From NCBI GenBank assembly GCA_002269645.1, contig NIVC01001001.1, positions 310,001 to 374,000 on the forward strand: a stretch of 64,000 nucleotides of DNA. Reading direction: 5' to 3'. The notes beneath the pieces were generated by a model. That model was not told the DNA's origin, did no database searches, and saw only the letters and a program-made list of their open reading frames with translations. The DNA is from Macrostomum lignano (taxonomy: Eukaryota). The translations under genes were made by a program, and so were the position numbers. Position 1 is the stretch's first letter. Every line of letters starts with the position of its first letter. Shown one piece after another: positions 24,926 to 39,393 of this stretch.

Positions 24926-26552
24926 GCAGAAAGCTCTGTGGGAGTGATACTAATGAATAGCTAGCAAATAGCACGCCGCCAAAGAAGCAAAAATGCAACA
25001 CACAGTCGAGTCAGAAGACAGACAGCAAGCGCATAGAACAGTAGAGACATGTGTATTTGAAAATTTCTCTGCAATACATAAACATTTCCGATTCATTTAC
25101 TGAACTATATATAGAGGCCAGAGAATAATGAGACACATATGAGTTAACATGATCATATTAATAAAGGATCCAAAATTACATAATTTCCTCAGTGCCTGTG
25201 CTAATCAAGCAGTTTACTTAATACTACACAGCATTTCAATCGGTAAGCTGATTTATTATTTAGAACCAACAGTAGTACACAAGAATGATCCTATATAATG
25301 ATATGAATTAAACTTCTCTCAAAACTGTAATAACAATATGTATATAAGACAGCTAAGCATTAAAAAATGCCGCCAACAAAAATTATTAAAAAAGAAAAAA
25401 ACACTTGATGTAGACGGAACCATAAAACGAATTATAACAAATACTTCAGTAGTAATAAGCAGTACTAAAAATGAGTTAAATATATATGCCACAATAACAC
25501 CGTTGCCATTAGTCAGCTTTCATGTAAATATATAATTTAATGTACATATATAGCAAGCAGTGGATCTGTACAGAAGATGGAATGCATGCTTAGAGACAAT
25601 AGAGCTGTGGACCAACATGTATACAGTTTATATATAATCATTTAAATGGGATTTAACTGGGTCGGGGCCTGCTGCGGTCGCCTTACTTAAAACCATTTTT
25701 TATACATTTCAGTATGTATTACTAATAACAGTAGAAAACTGAGAGACATAAAAACAAACAAGCAAAATTAAACAATGAAGCGGAGAAGCGAGTTCATAGC
25801 TACTATTAGTAACAAGTAGTGCATGAGAAAAAAATGGGGAAATATAATTGTAGCACACAACAATTTTCAAGTTTGTTAATCAAAAAAAGCAGAAATGAAA
25901 TTAACTCAACCAGCTCAAGTGCATACTGATTATCTGTACAGAAAAATCAATTTTAATGTGAGTAAAACTTTCACAGCACAGCAGACAATCACTTGAAGCA
26001 GCATTAACCAGATTAAAGCATCAGTTGAATTTCCTTAAAAAAATTGGTTTCATTATTCAGTTAGCTGCAGAAGTCAGAATATAATATTAAACACTCAACA
26101 AATATTACAGAGGATTCTGTTGTATTAATGTTTAAGAAGTGCAATAAAAGTTTTAAAGCAATTCAAATAACACCAAACATGCACAGTTTGTTAATTACTA
26201 TAGGCGTGATGCATTTAAAAACAAAAAATCAATAATATATTTAATTTTATATTTATAGATAAATATATGATCAATGATAAAACAACTTGGCAGCAGAGGC
26301 TGGATGCGACAGATAAAATATGGCTAAATTTTAAAATAAACCCACAAAGGTTTCAAACATCAAAACGCGCAATTTTTGTTAAAACTACTTGTAGTAGTTC
26401 CTGGTTAATGCGTTTGACTTTCGCTTTAAAAGCAGCAGAGCTCCATTCTGTAAAGCTCAGATAGATCAAACCGATCAACTACTCATAGTAGAATGTCCCA
26501 ATAATTTTTTTATACCGCAACTAAACCCCGCAGATGCTACTAAAAATAGATA

Positions 26553-29500
26553 TTAGAGCGTAGTGTACGTGAGTTCCTGACGGTCCAGTCCAGATGCAGC
26601 GCCGCTAGCAGACGAAGCTGAGACAGCGCCGCCAGCGGAGGAGACGGCCACGGTGAGGGCGGGAAGGCCGGAGACGGCCTGAATGGCGCCGCCGGGTCCA
26701 CCGGAGATGGCGGCAGCGGCGGCAACGGAGCTGGCCAGCTGGCTGGGGTCGGACACCAGCAGCAGGTTGGTGAAGTTCGGGAAGCCCAGCTGCTGACCGC
26801 TGATCAACTGGAAGGAGGGAGTCACGGCCGCTGCGGTGCCCCAGGGATCCGTTGGCGCACTCGGCGCCCCGCTGGCGCCGCCTCCGGCTGTCGCGGCGGC
26901 TGCGGCTGCGGCGGCCGGCTGATAATAGAGAGGCTGACACAGCTGCCACTCGCCTTGCTGGTTCATCACAGCGTATTGGGGAGTTCCGGCGAATGACGTG
27001 ATGTTGGGGAGGCTGGCAATGACCGCCTGCTGCTGCTGTTGCTGCTGCTGCTGCTGTTGGTGATGCAGCATCTGCTGCTGCTGCTGCTGATGCACAAGCT
27101 GCTGCTGTTGAAATACCTGCTGGAAATAGAGAACATATTGTTCTACATCGGTATAATAACAATTGACAAAAACCTCCCAAGTCACAGAGAGTGAAAATAG
27201 CCTGACAATGAGAAAATCAGAGCCCCTGTACACCCTGTGTGAGCGTGCACGACTTGTTTGCCATATCCATTAGACATACCTGTTGCTGTTGTTGCTGCTG
27301 CTGGTGTTGCATTTCTTGTTTCATCCCTGCCACTTGAAACAGAACAGTTTGTTGCTGTTGCGGCTGCTGCTGCTGTTGCTGCTGTTGAGCAGTTTGTTGA
27401 GCCACAGCTTTAGATTTTGTGCCTTTGCTTCGCTTTTTCTTCGGCTCGGCTGCTGACGTGGCGGCATTAGCGTTAGCGCCGCTTTGAACTGCGCAGCCAG
27501 CGGCGCCACCGGCTGCCGCTTCAGCGCCAGCAACTGCGCCACCAGCTGCTGCGGCCGCCGCCTCCGCTTCGGCGGCTTTTCGTTGACGACGACGCTCGGC
27601 TTTGAGCACAGATTTGGGATCGGGCTGGCTCACCCGCATCTCAGTGTAGTCTGTGAATACCTGGCCAAGCGATGAGGATTGGCATTGATGAGATTGAGGA
27701 TGTCACTGCTGCAGGTCTGTTACCTAGCCAGTACTATTCGTGAACGATGAGTAGATGCTAACAGGTAAATGAGCAGAGCATGAGCAGAGGATGAGCAGAC
27801 TCAATAAGCAGACTCAATGAGCAGAATCAATGAGCAGAATCAATGAGTAGAATCAATGAGCAGAATCAATGAGCAGACTCAATGAGCAGAGGATGAACAG
27901 AATAAATAAGCAGAACATGAGCAGACTCAGGGAGCAGAACATGAGCAGACTCAATGAGCAGACTCAATGAGCAGAATCAATGAGCAGAATCAATGAGCAG
28001 AACATGAGCATACTCAATGAGCAGAATCAATGTGCAGAGCATGAGCAGACTCAATGAGCAGAGCATGAGCAGAATCAATCAGCAGAGCATGAGCAGAATT
28101 AATGAGCAGAATCAATGAGCAGAGCATGAGCAGACTCAATGAGCAGACTCAATGAGCAGAATCAATGTGCAGAGCATGAGCAGACTCAATGAGCAGACAT
28201 GAGCAGATTCAAAGAGCAGAACATGAGCACACTCAATGAGCAGACTCTACTCAATGAGCAGACTCTACTCAATGAGCAGAATCAATGTGCAGAGCATGAG
28301 CAGACTCAATGAGCAGACTCAATGAGCAGAATCAATGAGCAGAGCATGAGCAGACTCAATGAGCAGACTCAATGAGCAGAATCAATGAGCAGAATCAATG
28401 TGCAGAGCATGAGCAGACTCAATGAGCAGACATGAGCAGATTCAAAGAGCAGAACATGAGCACACTCAATGAGCAGACTCTACTCAATGAGCAGAATCAA
28501 TGTGCAGAGCATGAGCAGACTCAATGAGCAGAGCATGAGCAGAATCAATGAGCAGAGCATGAGCAGAATCAATGAGCACTCAATGAGCACAGAATTAAAA
28601 AGACGAGATGACATTAACACAGACAAGAGGTTTAATCGACTAATTTATCAGCTCACCAGCTCAGCGTCGGGCACAGGGCCTGTCCTGCCCAAGATTTGGT
28701 CTCGCATTTTGCGCAGAGCAATGTAGAACGGCAGTTTATCTGCAGCTCTGGGCAGCTGGGCGCACCTGGCACTGGAGGAGGGCATCACGAATACCGCGAT
28801 GTCGTCTGTGCCAGGCAGAGGGCCCGGCTGCTTGCCCATGTAGAAATTCTTGTTGCCAACAAATGCCTCGTAGATGCCTGCGGGAGGGAGACGGCAGCTT
28901 CTCTGCAGTAGATTGAGAACCTCACCCTCACATCGTAGAGAGTCTCAGATAGAATAGAGAAAAATCTTAACCCCATGATTCTATAGGGGAGAATCTCACT
29001 CTTAAAATTTCGTAGAGAGGGTATCTCACCCTAAGATTGCATAGAATAGTCTCAGTCTCACCCCTAAGACTGCATAGAGCAGAATCTCACCCATAAGACT
29101 GCATACAGGAGAATCTCCCCCATAAGATTGCATAGAGTCTCACTCTTAAGATTGCATAGAGGAGAAACTCACCCCTAAGATTGCATAGTGGACAATCTCA
29201 CCCCTAAGATTGCATAAAGGAGAATCCCAAGATTTCATAGAGACAGTATCTCTCCCTAAGATTGCATAGAAAAGTCTCACCCGCTGCATAGAGGAGAATC
29301 TCACCCTTAAGATTGCATAGAGGAGAATCTCACCTTAAAGATTGCATAGAAGAGAATCTTACCCCAAAGATTGCATAGAGAAGAATCTCACCCCTAAGAT
29401 TGCATAGAGGAGAATCTCACCCTTAAGGTTGCATAGAAGTCTCACCCCTAAGATTGCATAGAAGAGTCTCACCCGCTGCATAGAGGAGAATCTCACCCAA

Positions 29501-31008
29501 AGATTGCATAGAGGAGAATCTCACCCCTAAGATTGCATAGAGGAGACTCGCACCCTAAGATTGCATAGATGAGAATCCCACCCTTAAGATTGCATAGGCA
29601 AGGCTCTATCCTGCAAAATAAATCAATATCTACAAGCAATAAATCACTGCAGACTCTAATTACTCACCTTTGCCATTGAAGACTGCAATCTTCGGCTTGT
29701 GCCTGGTCAATTTTTCCAATAAAATTTCGGCACCCTGTTTCATTTCTTTCCTGTAAACAATATTCAATATGGGGTAGAATTAAAACAAAGATAATTTCGA
29801 TACATATCGGTAGTTGGAACGCTTAACTAAACCAGAGGAGACAGTAAACCATACCTGGTCAGCTCGGCGGCCCCTTTGATCGGGCGGGTGACGACGTTGG
29901 TAAAACCGATGCCGAACTGACAGATCCGATAGTCGTCATGGCAACTAAGCTGGTCGCTGATAAGCCCGCTATCGGTCAGGCAGGACCAGAAGTGGTTGCC
30001 AGGGCCCGCATAGTGATGCCCGGAGTACACGGCGGATAACATGGGGTTGAGGCCGATCTGGGAGGTCAGAGAGCTGCTTACCGTGAGACTGTGAGACGGC
30101 GACTCAAAGCACACAGGTACTCACCACTACAATGTCCAGGCCGTCAGCGAGGTAGTCTGGTAGGGCGGTAATGGTGCTGGGCAGCGGCTGGTTTTGCTCG
30201 TCCACCAGCAGCTGGCTGCGGAACTTCTCGCAGCGGGGACAGGCGCCGATAGCGTTCAGCTCCAGGCGCTGGCGCTTCGTCAGCAGGCTGCAATTGGAGG
30301 GCTGGCTGTGTCAGCTTGGTGAGTGGCTGTGTCAGCTGGGTGAGTGGCTGTCAGCTTGGTGAGTGGCTGTGTCAGCTGGGTATGTGGTTGTGTCAGCTGG
30401 GTATGTGGCTGTGTCAGCTTGGTGAGTGGCTGTGTCAGCTGGGTGTGTGGCTGTGTCAGCTGGGTGTGGCTGTGTCATTTGGGAGGGTGGCTCTGTCAGC
30501 TGGGTGGCTGTGTCAGCTGGGTGAGTGGCTGTGTCAGCTGGGTGAGTGGCTGTGTCAGCTGGGTGGCTGTGTCAGCAGACAGCAAATGGGTAGCACCTGA
30601 CCTTTCCACATTTTTGGCTCCAGATGGTATCACAATAGGTTTGTTCATAAGCTGCTGCTGCTGTTGCTGCTGCTGATGCTGCTGCAAAAGCATCAGGTGC
30701 TGCTGCTGCTGTTGCTGCGGAGTGGCCGGAGGGGTCGGCAGGTGCACAGAGGTCACAGATGAGCTGGGCTGAGACACGGGACTCATGAGATGATTGACTT
30801 GATGTTGCTGCTGCTGTGGCTGCTGAATGATCACGCCAGACTGCTGTTCTCCGTTAACCATGCCGTTACCAGGGACATTTTGAACGATCACTGGCTGCTG
30901 GGCATAGGAGACCGCTGAGCCGGTGTGGTGATAAGCAGGTGCGAAAGCCTGAGGCTGATGTGCAGATGCTGATGTAGACAAAGTCAGCGCCTGGCCAGCT
31001 GCACTCAT
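26553..31008 (-). CDS. TDG: TDG/Mug-family DNA glycosylase homologue, copy B (tandem paralogue), 7 exons, ~673 aa
   Basis: complement(join(26553..27116,27280..27660,28657..28877,29668..29750,29855..30057,30125..30287,30602..31008)), 2022 nt. Same exon structure, phases and motifs as copy A; no frameshift or stop seen. Confidence 0.93.
27770..28590 (+). repeat. 11-13 bp minisatellite, TDG-B intron 5 (expanded relative to copy A)
   Basis: Same GAGCAGA(C/A)TCAAT units as 21020-21270. Confidence 0.9.
28915..29600 (+). repeat. ~29 bp minisatellite, TDG-B intron 4
   Basis: TAAGATTGCATAGAGGAGAATCTCACCCC units. Confidence 0.88.
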
Positions 31009-33179
31009 CCTTTCAGCAGATTGTTTGATCGACGAAATTGAGCAAAAATTAACTAATACCTTGATGGACTCAGGTGTAAGTGACTAACTAAGCTGGATTA
31101 TACTTATTCAGTAATAAAGCAATAATTTTAGTGCTGTGCTGACAGGGTGATAGCGTCAAGTATCTCTGAGGGGATCCTTTGGGGGGGAAAATTGATTTGC
31201 GATCTGAAATAGGAATAGAAAATCTTATTTTATTAATAGAATATTGCAATCATTAGCAATTTTTAATTGCTTGAACTTTATTTTTAAATAGTAAGTTTCA
31301 ATAAAGTAAATGTCAAATGAGTGACACAGTTGTGTAGATAATTTTGATTAAATGCTGAAATTTTAATCTAAAAATGCAATTGATTGTGAAATTAAATTAA
31401 TCAATTAAAGTACCTATCATAGGTAATACTAACAAAATATAATTATACCATTTGCAAAATAAGTTCTTTTGAAATACTATAAAAATTATATAGTCACTCT
31501 GTCTTTTAGAAATCTTTGGTTTAAACATCTACTTATAGGTATTAGTGCAAAAAACAGGCCATATTGAGACTTAAATTTCTTGTAAAAATTGGTACCACAA
31601 AATTTAAGTCCAATATCCAAATCAAATGCTTCTTAAAGACTTAGTAAGTGATGAAATACCATGAAATTATGCTTAAATGTGTATCATAACAACATGTATG
31701 CAGGAAAATTTATCTGTATTGGTTCTGTAAAGTTTGAAAAAATAACACTTTTCTATTCTTTATAATAGTTTATGCTATTATATTGTGTTGAACTTATACA
31801 AAATATTTTTGTTTCAATATACTAAATATTTTGTTATACTATGCAAAATAGATTGAGGAATCATTTCTAAATGTATAGCCATAGGGGGAATGACTATATA
31901 AAGGAGTGAATTTTGAGGATTTTTGAAGACTTTGAGAAAAAACCGAAGTAGAGTCAAAGAGCTCCTCAAAACTATCAAATAAAGTTCAAGCTATATACAA
32001 ACTTTTATAGAGTTAGATACAAGTTATTCCTTTCCAGATTTCTAAGAATTGTTGAAAGAAATTTACTAAAAGGAAATGGGAATAATTTAGAGTTATATAA
32101 AGAAGAAAAATTGCTATATGACACAAATCTTAGTGACACCTAGATTGGAAACCATTATATGTACCAGTAAAAGACTACTTAGACCATAATATATTAGACT
32201 GTTACAATAATATAGTAGACTAGTAAAAATTTAGAAATATAAATTAAATTATATAATTTTATCATACATAATTAATAACATTTATTATTTAATATAATAG
32301 TGTCAATTTCATCTTTAGAAAAGCCTACAATAGGAGTTCTGATACCAAAATATTAGGAAATATTGAAACAAGAACATTAGTGCATACAATGGATATTAAT
32401 ATCAAGTTGGTACTTCTTTCACTTGTTATTTGTAAAATTACCATAACAATCAAGACAGTTTTCTAACTATGCTAAATATTAATTGTACACCAATATGAAC
32501 AATAAGAAAATTCCACATGGCTTTTATATGCCAGAAAATTTTTGCATGTAGGCCACCCTTTTGCATATAGATTATATATCAAAAACAAAATGACAATTGA
32601 ATTATAAATGATAATCTTAGGCAGAAAACAAGGAAGTTAACAAATTAGATAAAGTCTATATTTTAGAGCATATTGATAGAATGCTAGAAAATTTTGGTAG
32701 GCCTATAAATGATATATTCTGGAATATGGTATTAGGTAAGCTAAGGTTGATAATAAGAACTACTAGATGTTACAATTGTATCAATATATAAAGAATAGGT
32801 TTAGGCCTTATATTAAATCTTTTAATAATTTGATAGTGTCCCACATTTAGGATCATATTATTTGTACAAGGAATATCTAGCATACATTTGTAACAACTAG
32901 CATATATTAGGTTCATATTTTTTAAGTCTTACAATGTACATCTTTATCTATAAAAATGAAATCTGTGTATGTGTGTGTCTGTGGCCAATTTTGTTTGCTA
33001 TGGACTCCCAAACCACATAACCAAATTATACCAAAATTTACACCCACCTTAAACTTTACACCCATCTGTAGAGCAAATTATTGCCTTTCAAAACTGAATA
33101 TATATTAATATAAGATGACTGTTTAAATGATAAAAAGGCATGATCATATAAAAATGTCAAATTTTTTTCATACTATAGG

Positions 33180-33863
33180 TAGAGCTGTCAAAATTAGAGA
33201 TTTTATTCGAGATGAGATTCGAGACGAGAAAGGCTTATAAGTTGAGAATTTCGAGACAAGACAAGACAAAGTAAATCTAAAAAATATATTTCAGAATTGC
33301 ATCTTGTCTTGCTCTTATCTTGCCTTATCTTGTCTTAAATTTCTTGATAAGATACAATTCTAAAATATATTTTTTAGATTTTCCAGAATACTTTCTTAAT
33401 TCTAGTTTAAATTCTTTGCTATTTATTCATAAGAATTTATGCTTATAGCATATAGGCCCTTGGCCATACTATGTCTATTATTAATTCGTCAAAAGACCTG
33501 TGTAGATTGTCTTCAAGTCTGCTATGATACACCTTGCTGCAGAACTGAAATGATAACTAAAAAAGTGCATATGCAATGCAAACTTGTATATAACGACATT
33601 CGTTAAATAATTGCTCAACATTGGCTAGATTTTACCATTTGAAAATTGCCCTATCAAGCGTGTTACAACAAACAGTTGTATTTATACGAAAATTTGCTCC
33701 CCTTTTTATATCTTATCACTTAAAAGCTTTTGAAAAAAGGTATCAGAAAAATTCTTGAATCTTGTCTCGAATTTCTTGACAAAATTTGAGATTTCTCGAG
33801 ACGAGAAAAAATGTTGAGATCTTGTCTCGAATCTTGTCTTATCGAGATCTTGTGACAGCTCTA
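33180..33863. mobile_element. hAT-type MITE (684 bp)
   Basis: Perfect 11 bp TIRs TAGAGCTGTCA...TGACAGCTCTA. 8 bp flanks ACTATAGG (33172-33179) and ACTATAGC (33864-33871) match 7/8 as a TSD. Subterminal GAGACGAGA/GACAAGA repeats at both ends; no ORF. Confidence 0.8.
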
Positions 33864-35666
33864 ACTATAGCGTATAGGAACGCAATCATTCTTTCATAAA
33901 AGTTTTCTTGAAATGATAGTCTTCTAAAACTAAATATATACAGACTAACTATTTAAATGTTTTTTAATTAACTTAGGCCTATAAAATGTTTTTTTTCAGT
34001 TTGAACAGACAATTAAGACATTTTTTCAATGGTGATTATCTCCTAAAACTAATAAGTTTGGCCCTAAGGCTAAGCAATGATTGTCATGTAAAATTATTAT
34101 ATATATAACTAAACAATTATTTTTTTAATATATTATAAATATTTAAATGAATGATAATAGTTTCATCAAAAATGAAAAAATATTTTTTTAATTTACGACT
34201 ACGTCAATGTTTACATTGATACTAGACTAGAATAAGCATTAACATACAGATTTTTAGGCAACCATTGGTATATTTCACATATTAGTGCATCTTGTTTGGC
34301 ATACTTGGTATATATAGGCCTAGTATATAATCAAATATATTTTTTGTAACTTCTAGCATATCTATAGGCCTATGCCTAATATGATCCTGACTTCCATAGT
34401 CTATTTTGTTATAAGCCTAGTTATGCCAAAAATATGTTATAGTTATGGCTTATGCCATTTAATAATTAAATTTTATTAAAATCTGTTTTGAAGTCAAGGC
34501 TCATGACTTTAAACTAGGCCTATAAGGCTAACATGATAATAGCTAGACTAAATAGGCTGAGCTATATATATGATCTAGATGGCTAGACCTATCTTATTGC
34601 ATGGATGAGTAACACCAACAATAAATTGATATTAAATAGTGAGTAGGCCTGTGCCAGGTTGACATGCCCATATAATATAACATAAGCCTAAGCTATAAGG
34701 AAAGAAAGCCCAAGCATAATGCAAAGACCATTCTAGTAGGCCTAACAGTAGGCCTAGCAGGGACACCGGACAAGGCCACAAGGGTACATTGATCACAACT
34801 TTACAAGACAATGTAAACAAGTACCCAGTACCAGGAGGTACTACCACTACCATCTGATGAAATAGGTCCTAGCGGTATAAAGGGGTGCCACCGAATTCGT
34901 CAACATCTAATTCGTCAACTCTGGTATAAAGGCTAAGCCTAGGGCCTAATAAAGCCACAAGAGCTAGTCTAATCGACTAATCCAATTGTTTCTATGATGA
35001 ATTATAAGAAAAAATGCAGAAATTGTTAAATAGCGCAATTATGTGGTCAAACATCGAATTGTAAGTTCAACGCACATTATGCACTAGAGGCTCTGTTTCG
35101 TAACAAAAGCAATCAAAAAAGGAAAATAAAGTAGCTATTTTTTTAGAAAATCTTTATACGATGTATAATTAAAATAAAAAGATAAATGTCAAGAAATTTT
35201 ACTTTTAGCATTCCTTAATAACTGATAGTACACTTTTATGCTATTTATGTTGATGCTTTCTATTATTTATACAATAAATTAAGCATAAAAATTAGTTTGT
35301 TGTTTAACTGCTTTATTCTTTGTGATTTACGGGCTCGATTCATGGATGAAGGAATATATCTATTCTATTCTTTCTATTCCTTCATCCATGGCTTGATTTT
35401 TTCGGCTTAGCGAGATGCTGTTGTGTTTCCTTATCTTACAAAGCTAATAGACCATACACCATACCGTTGCAGTTTTACGACAAATCGAAAACAATAGATA
35501 TATATATATAAATCGATACATATACCTGCAAAAGGGACACATGCCTGCGATTTATATATATATTAGGCACGGATCGAATCTTATCATCATTAATGCGTAC
35601 ATATACATGCAAAATTTCGTTTGCTTTTACGTGCCGGGTGCAGTTTCTGTGGTTACAGTACGTACA

Positions 35667-35754
35667 CTGAGGAATTGGATGCCTAGCTCTAGATCTGAGG
35701 AATTGGGTGCCTCTAGATCTGACGAATTGCATGCCTCTAGATCTGAGGAATTGG
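35667..35754 (-). repeat. Short inverted copy (3-4 monomers) of the 24 bp satellite found at 40455-42110
   Basis: CTGAGGAATTGGATGCCTAGCTCTAGATCTGAGG... is the reverse complement of the satellite, including its GAGCTAGGC variant. Confidence 0.85.
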
Positions 35755-36719
35755 CCATGTCAAGTTGACTTACTGTAAATTGTCCGGCCCGTCGTATAAT
35801 AAAATAAAATGTACATGTATACATATACACAGTAGTACATGTACGTGCAAAAAACAGCATCAAAAAACGAGGATGTTTATGTAGCAGCAGTCAGGATGAA
35901 GGGCAACAGTGGGGTTGTTAGGGGCAGTGCAGATGAAGAATATCAGTGAGGATGTGAAAGATCAGGGAGCTGGGTGTAGCGCAGCAGTCGACGCGGATTA
36001 AGATTCAAAGAGTCGAGGGTATGCTACAGTAATAGCAGCAGTCACGGATTAAGATCAAGGATCGAGGGTGTAGCGCAGCAGACGTTGAATTAAGGATTAG
36101 GGATATCAGGGTGTAGCAGCAGCGGCAGTTACATTAAGTGTAGTAGAGATGCCGGTGTAGATGAAGTTAGGTAAAAGCTAATAGAGTTTTTTTTCAGTAA
36201 ATGCATATGACGTAAAATTCAGTAAACTTCAGTGGAAACTCATGCAATGTCATTACCCTAGGGAATTTTAGCACAGCAATTTGTTCCCAGGTCAACTCAT
36301 GATTGAGCCTGCGATAAAAAAACTATGAACCACGCGGTGGGGTTTATATGCAGGCTGAAATGTTCAGCTGACTAAAATCCCATTAAGCCTTGAATTGCAA
36401 CTTTTTTTACGACACGCAAGGATGACAGACAGTTTGTCCTTGACTCTTCCTGACATGATGCAGGTTTATGCGGGCTTGTTCTCGAACCCATGCCCAGCAT
36501 GCACACGCACATGATGCCTATATTAGTGTACAATAATACCATGGTTATACACACAGCAGGTTCCAGAGGGATCCCAGCTCCAATGCAGGAAACCTGAATA
36601 AATTTACAAATTTTTAAACCTTTGAATTCATTTAAGCTCTGATAGTAACTGTATGGAAGTCCACATTGGGAGGCTGGTGTAAGTAATTCATTTATCGATG
36701 CTTTTCAAAGCTCTAATTT

Positions 36720-37420
36720 TATATCTAGAGGTTCATAGTTTAGAACTAAAGGCTGTAATTCCAGATATAAAGCTCTAATTCCAAATTTACAGGCTGTAGT
36801 CTAGAAGCTGTAAATTCAGATCTAAAGACTACAACTACAGATCTAGAGGCTATAGCTACAGATCTAGAGGCTATAGCTACAGATCTAGAGGCTGTAAATC
36901 CAGAACTAGAGGCTGTAAATCCAGAACTAGAGGCTGTAAATCTAGATCTAGAGGCTGTAAATCCAGAACTAGAGGCTGTAAATCTATAACTAGAGGCTGT
37001 AAATCTAGATCTAGAGGCTGTAAATCCAGAACTAGAGGCTGTAAATCCAGAACTAGAGGCTGTAAATCTAGATCTAGAGGCTGTAAATCCAGAACTAGAG
37101 GCTGTAAATCCATAACTAGAGGCTTTAAATCTAGATCTAGAGGCTGTAAATCCAGAACTAGAGGCTGTAAATCTATAACTAGAGGCTGTAAATCTAGATC
37201 TAGAGGCTGTAAATCCATAACTAGAGGCTGTAAATCTAGATCTAGAGGCTGTAAACCCAGAACTAGAGGCTGTAAATCTAGATCTAGAGGCTGTAAATCT
37301 AGATCTAGAGGCTGTAAATCTAGATCTAGAGGCTGTAAATCCAGAACTAGAGGCTGAAATTCCAGAACTAAAGGCTGAAATTCCAGATATAGAGGCTTTA
37401 ATTCCAGATCTAGAGGCTTT
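36720..37420 (+). repeat. 21 bp minisatellite (TAGAGGCTGTAAATCTAGATC and variants)
   Basis: Tandem array; gives the LQPLDLD ORF on the minus strand. Confidence 0.92.
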
Positions 37421-37844
37421 TACAGTACTGTATGCAGTTCCTCCACGGCTAATGGTACATCGAACTCCCTTTTCAAAGCCTCGTTTGTAAGCCAGCTCAG
37501 CCCAGGCCGCATTGTGTATCCCATCGCCCCCAGAGGCGGATCAGCTTTTATTCCCCCCACCCGCCGAATCTCCCATCCGCTTTGCAGTTTCTATCGAATC
37601 CATCGAACCCAAATAATGAAAGGGCAATCCCAGCCAAGTGGGGAAGAGAGATAAAGGGGTGGAAGGGATATCCGGAGGATTAGGACCGTCTAATTTTATT
37701 GACAGAGAGAGAAGGGAAAGAGGTGGCAGTGACGCAGCCTTCATCCTGAATATGCAGATCGGGGTTAGAAAAATTGTATTGCCAACTGCTGCTAGCACTG
37801 CGGCTGTAAGACTGCTGACTGACTGTGGCACTGGGATATTCGGA

Positions 37845-38028
<184 letters not shown>

Positions 38029-38314
38029 CCGCAAACTCCTCAACCGCACAGTGGCAAACACAGAAGCGAATGTAGAAAAACAGACAAATGAGCCGCATTT
38101 TTCCTAAAGCACGAACTTTTAGACGAATTCAGTTTTGGGAATCGAAACTGGAGCGGCCCGCTGGCATCGATCGATAAAGGGAGTTCCTGGGGCGTCGACA
38201 GAAATACCCCGGCTCTTCGTCACTCTTTTCGGTGAAACTCTGATCGATTTTCTGCTTTAAAATGATTATAGTGCTCTAAAAGAAGTTAAAGGGATACATT
38301 TGTATGGAAACTTT

Positions 38315-39205
<891 letters not shown>

Positions 39206-39393
39206 CGTCGCTGTTGGAAAGACATGACAGAAAAGCCGGAGGCTGTTTAAGCCAGTCTTGCAGTGGCTGGAACTTGTCAGCCAATAGAAACGAATGAAGG
39301 TATAAGTGCAGTATATAAACTCATTTACTCAGTTGGGTTTTTTGCAGCTTTATGTCTATACACAATAATATTGAAGGGCAGTGACAATTCCCA

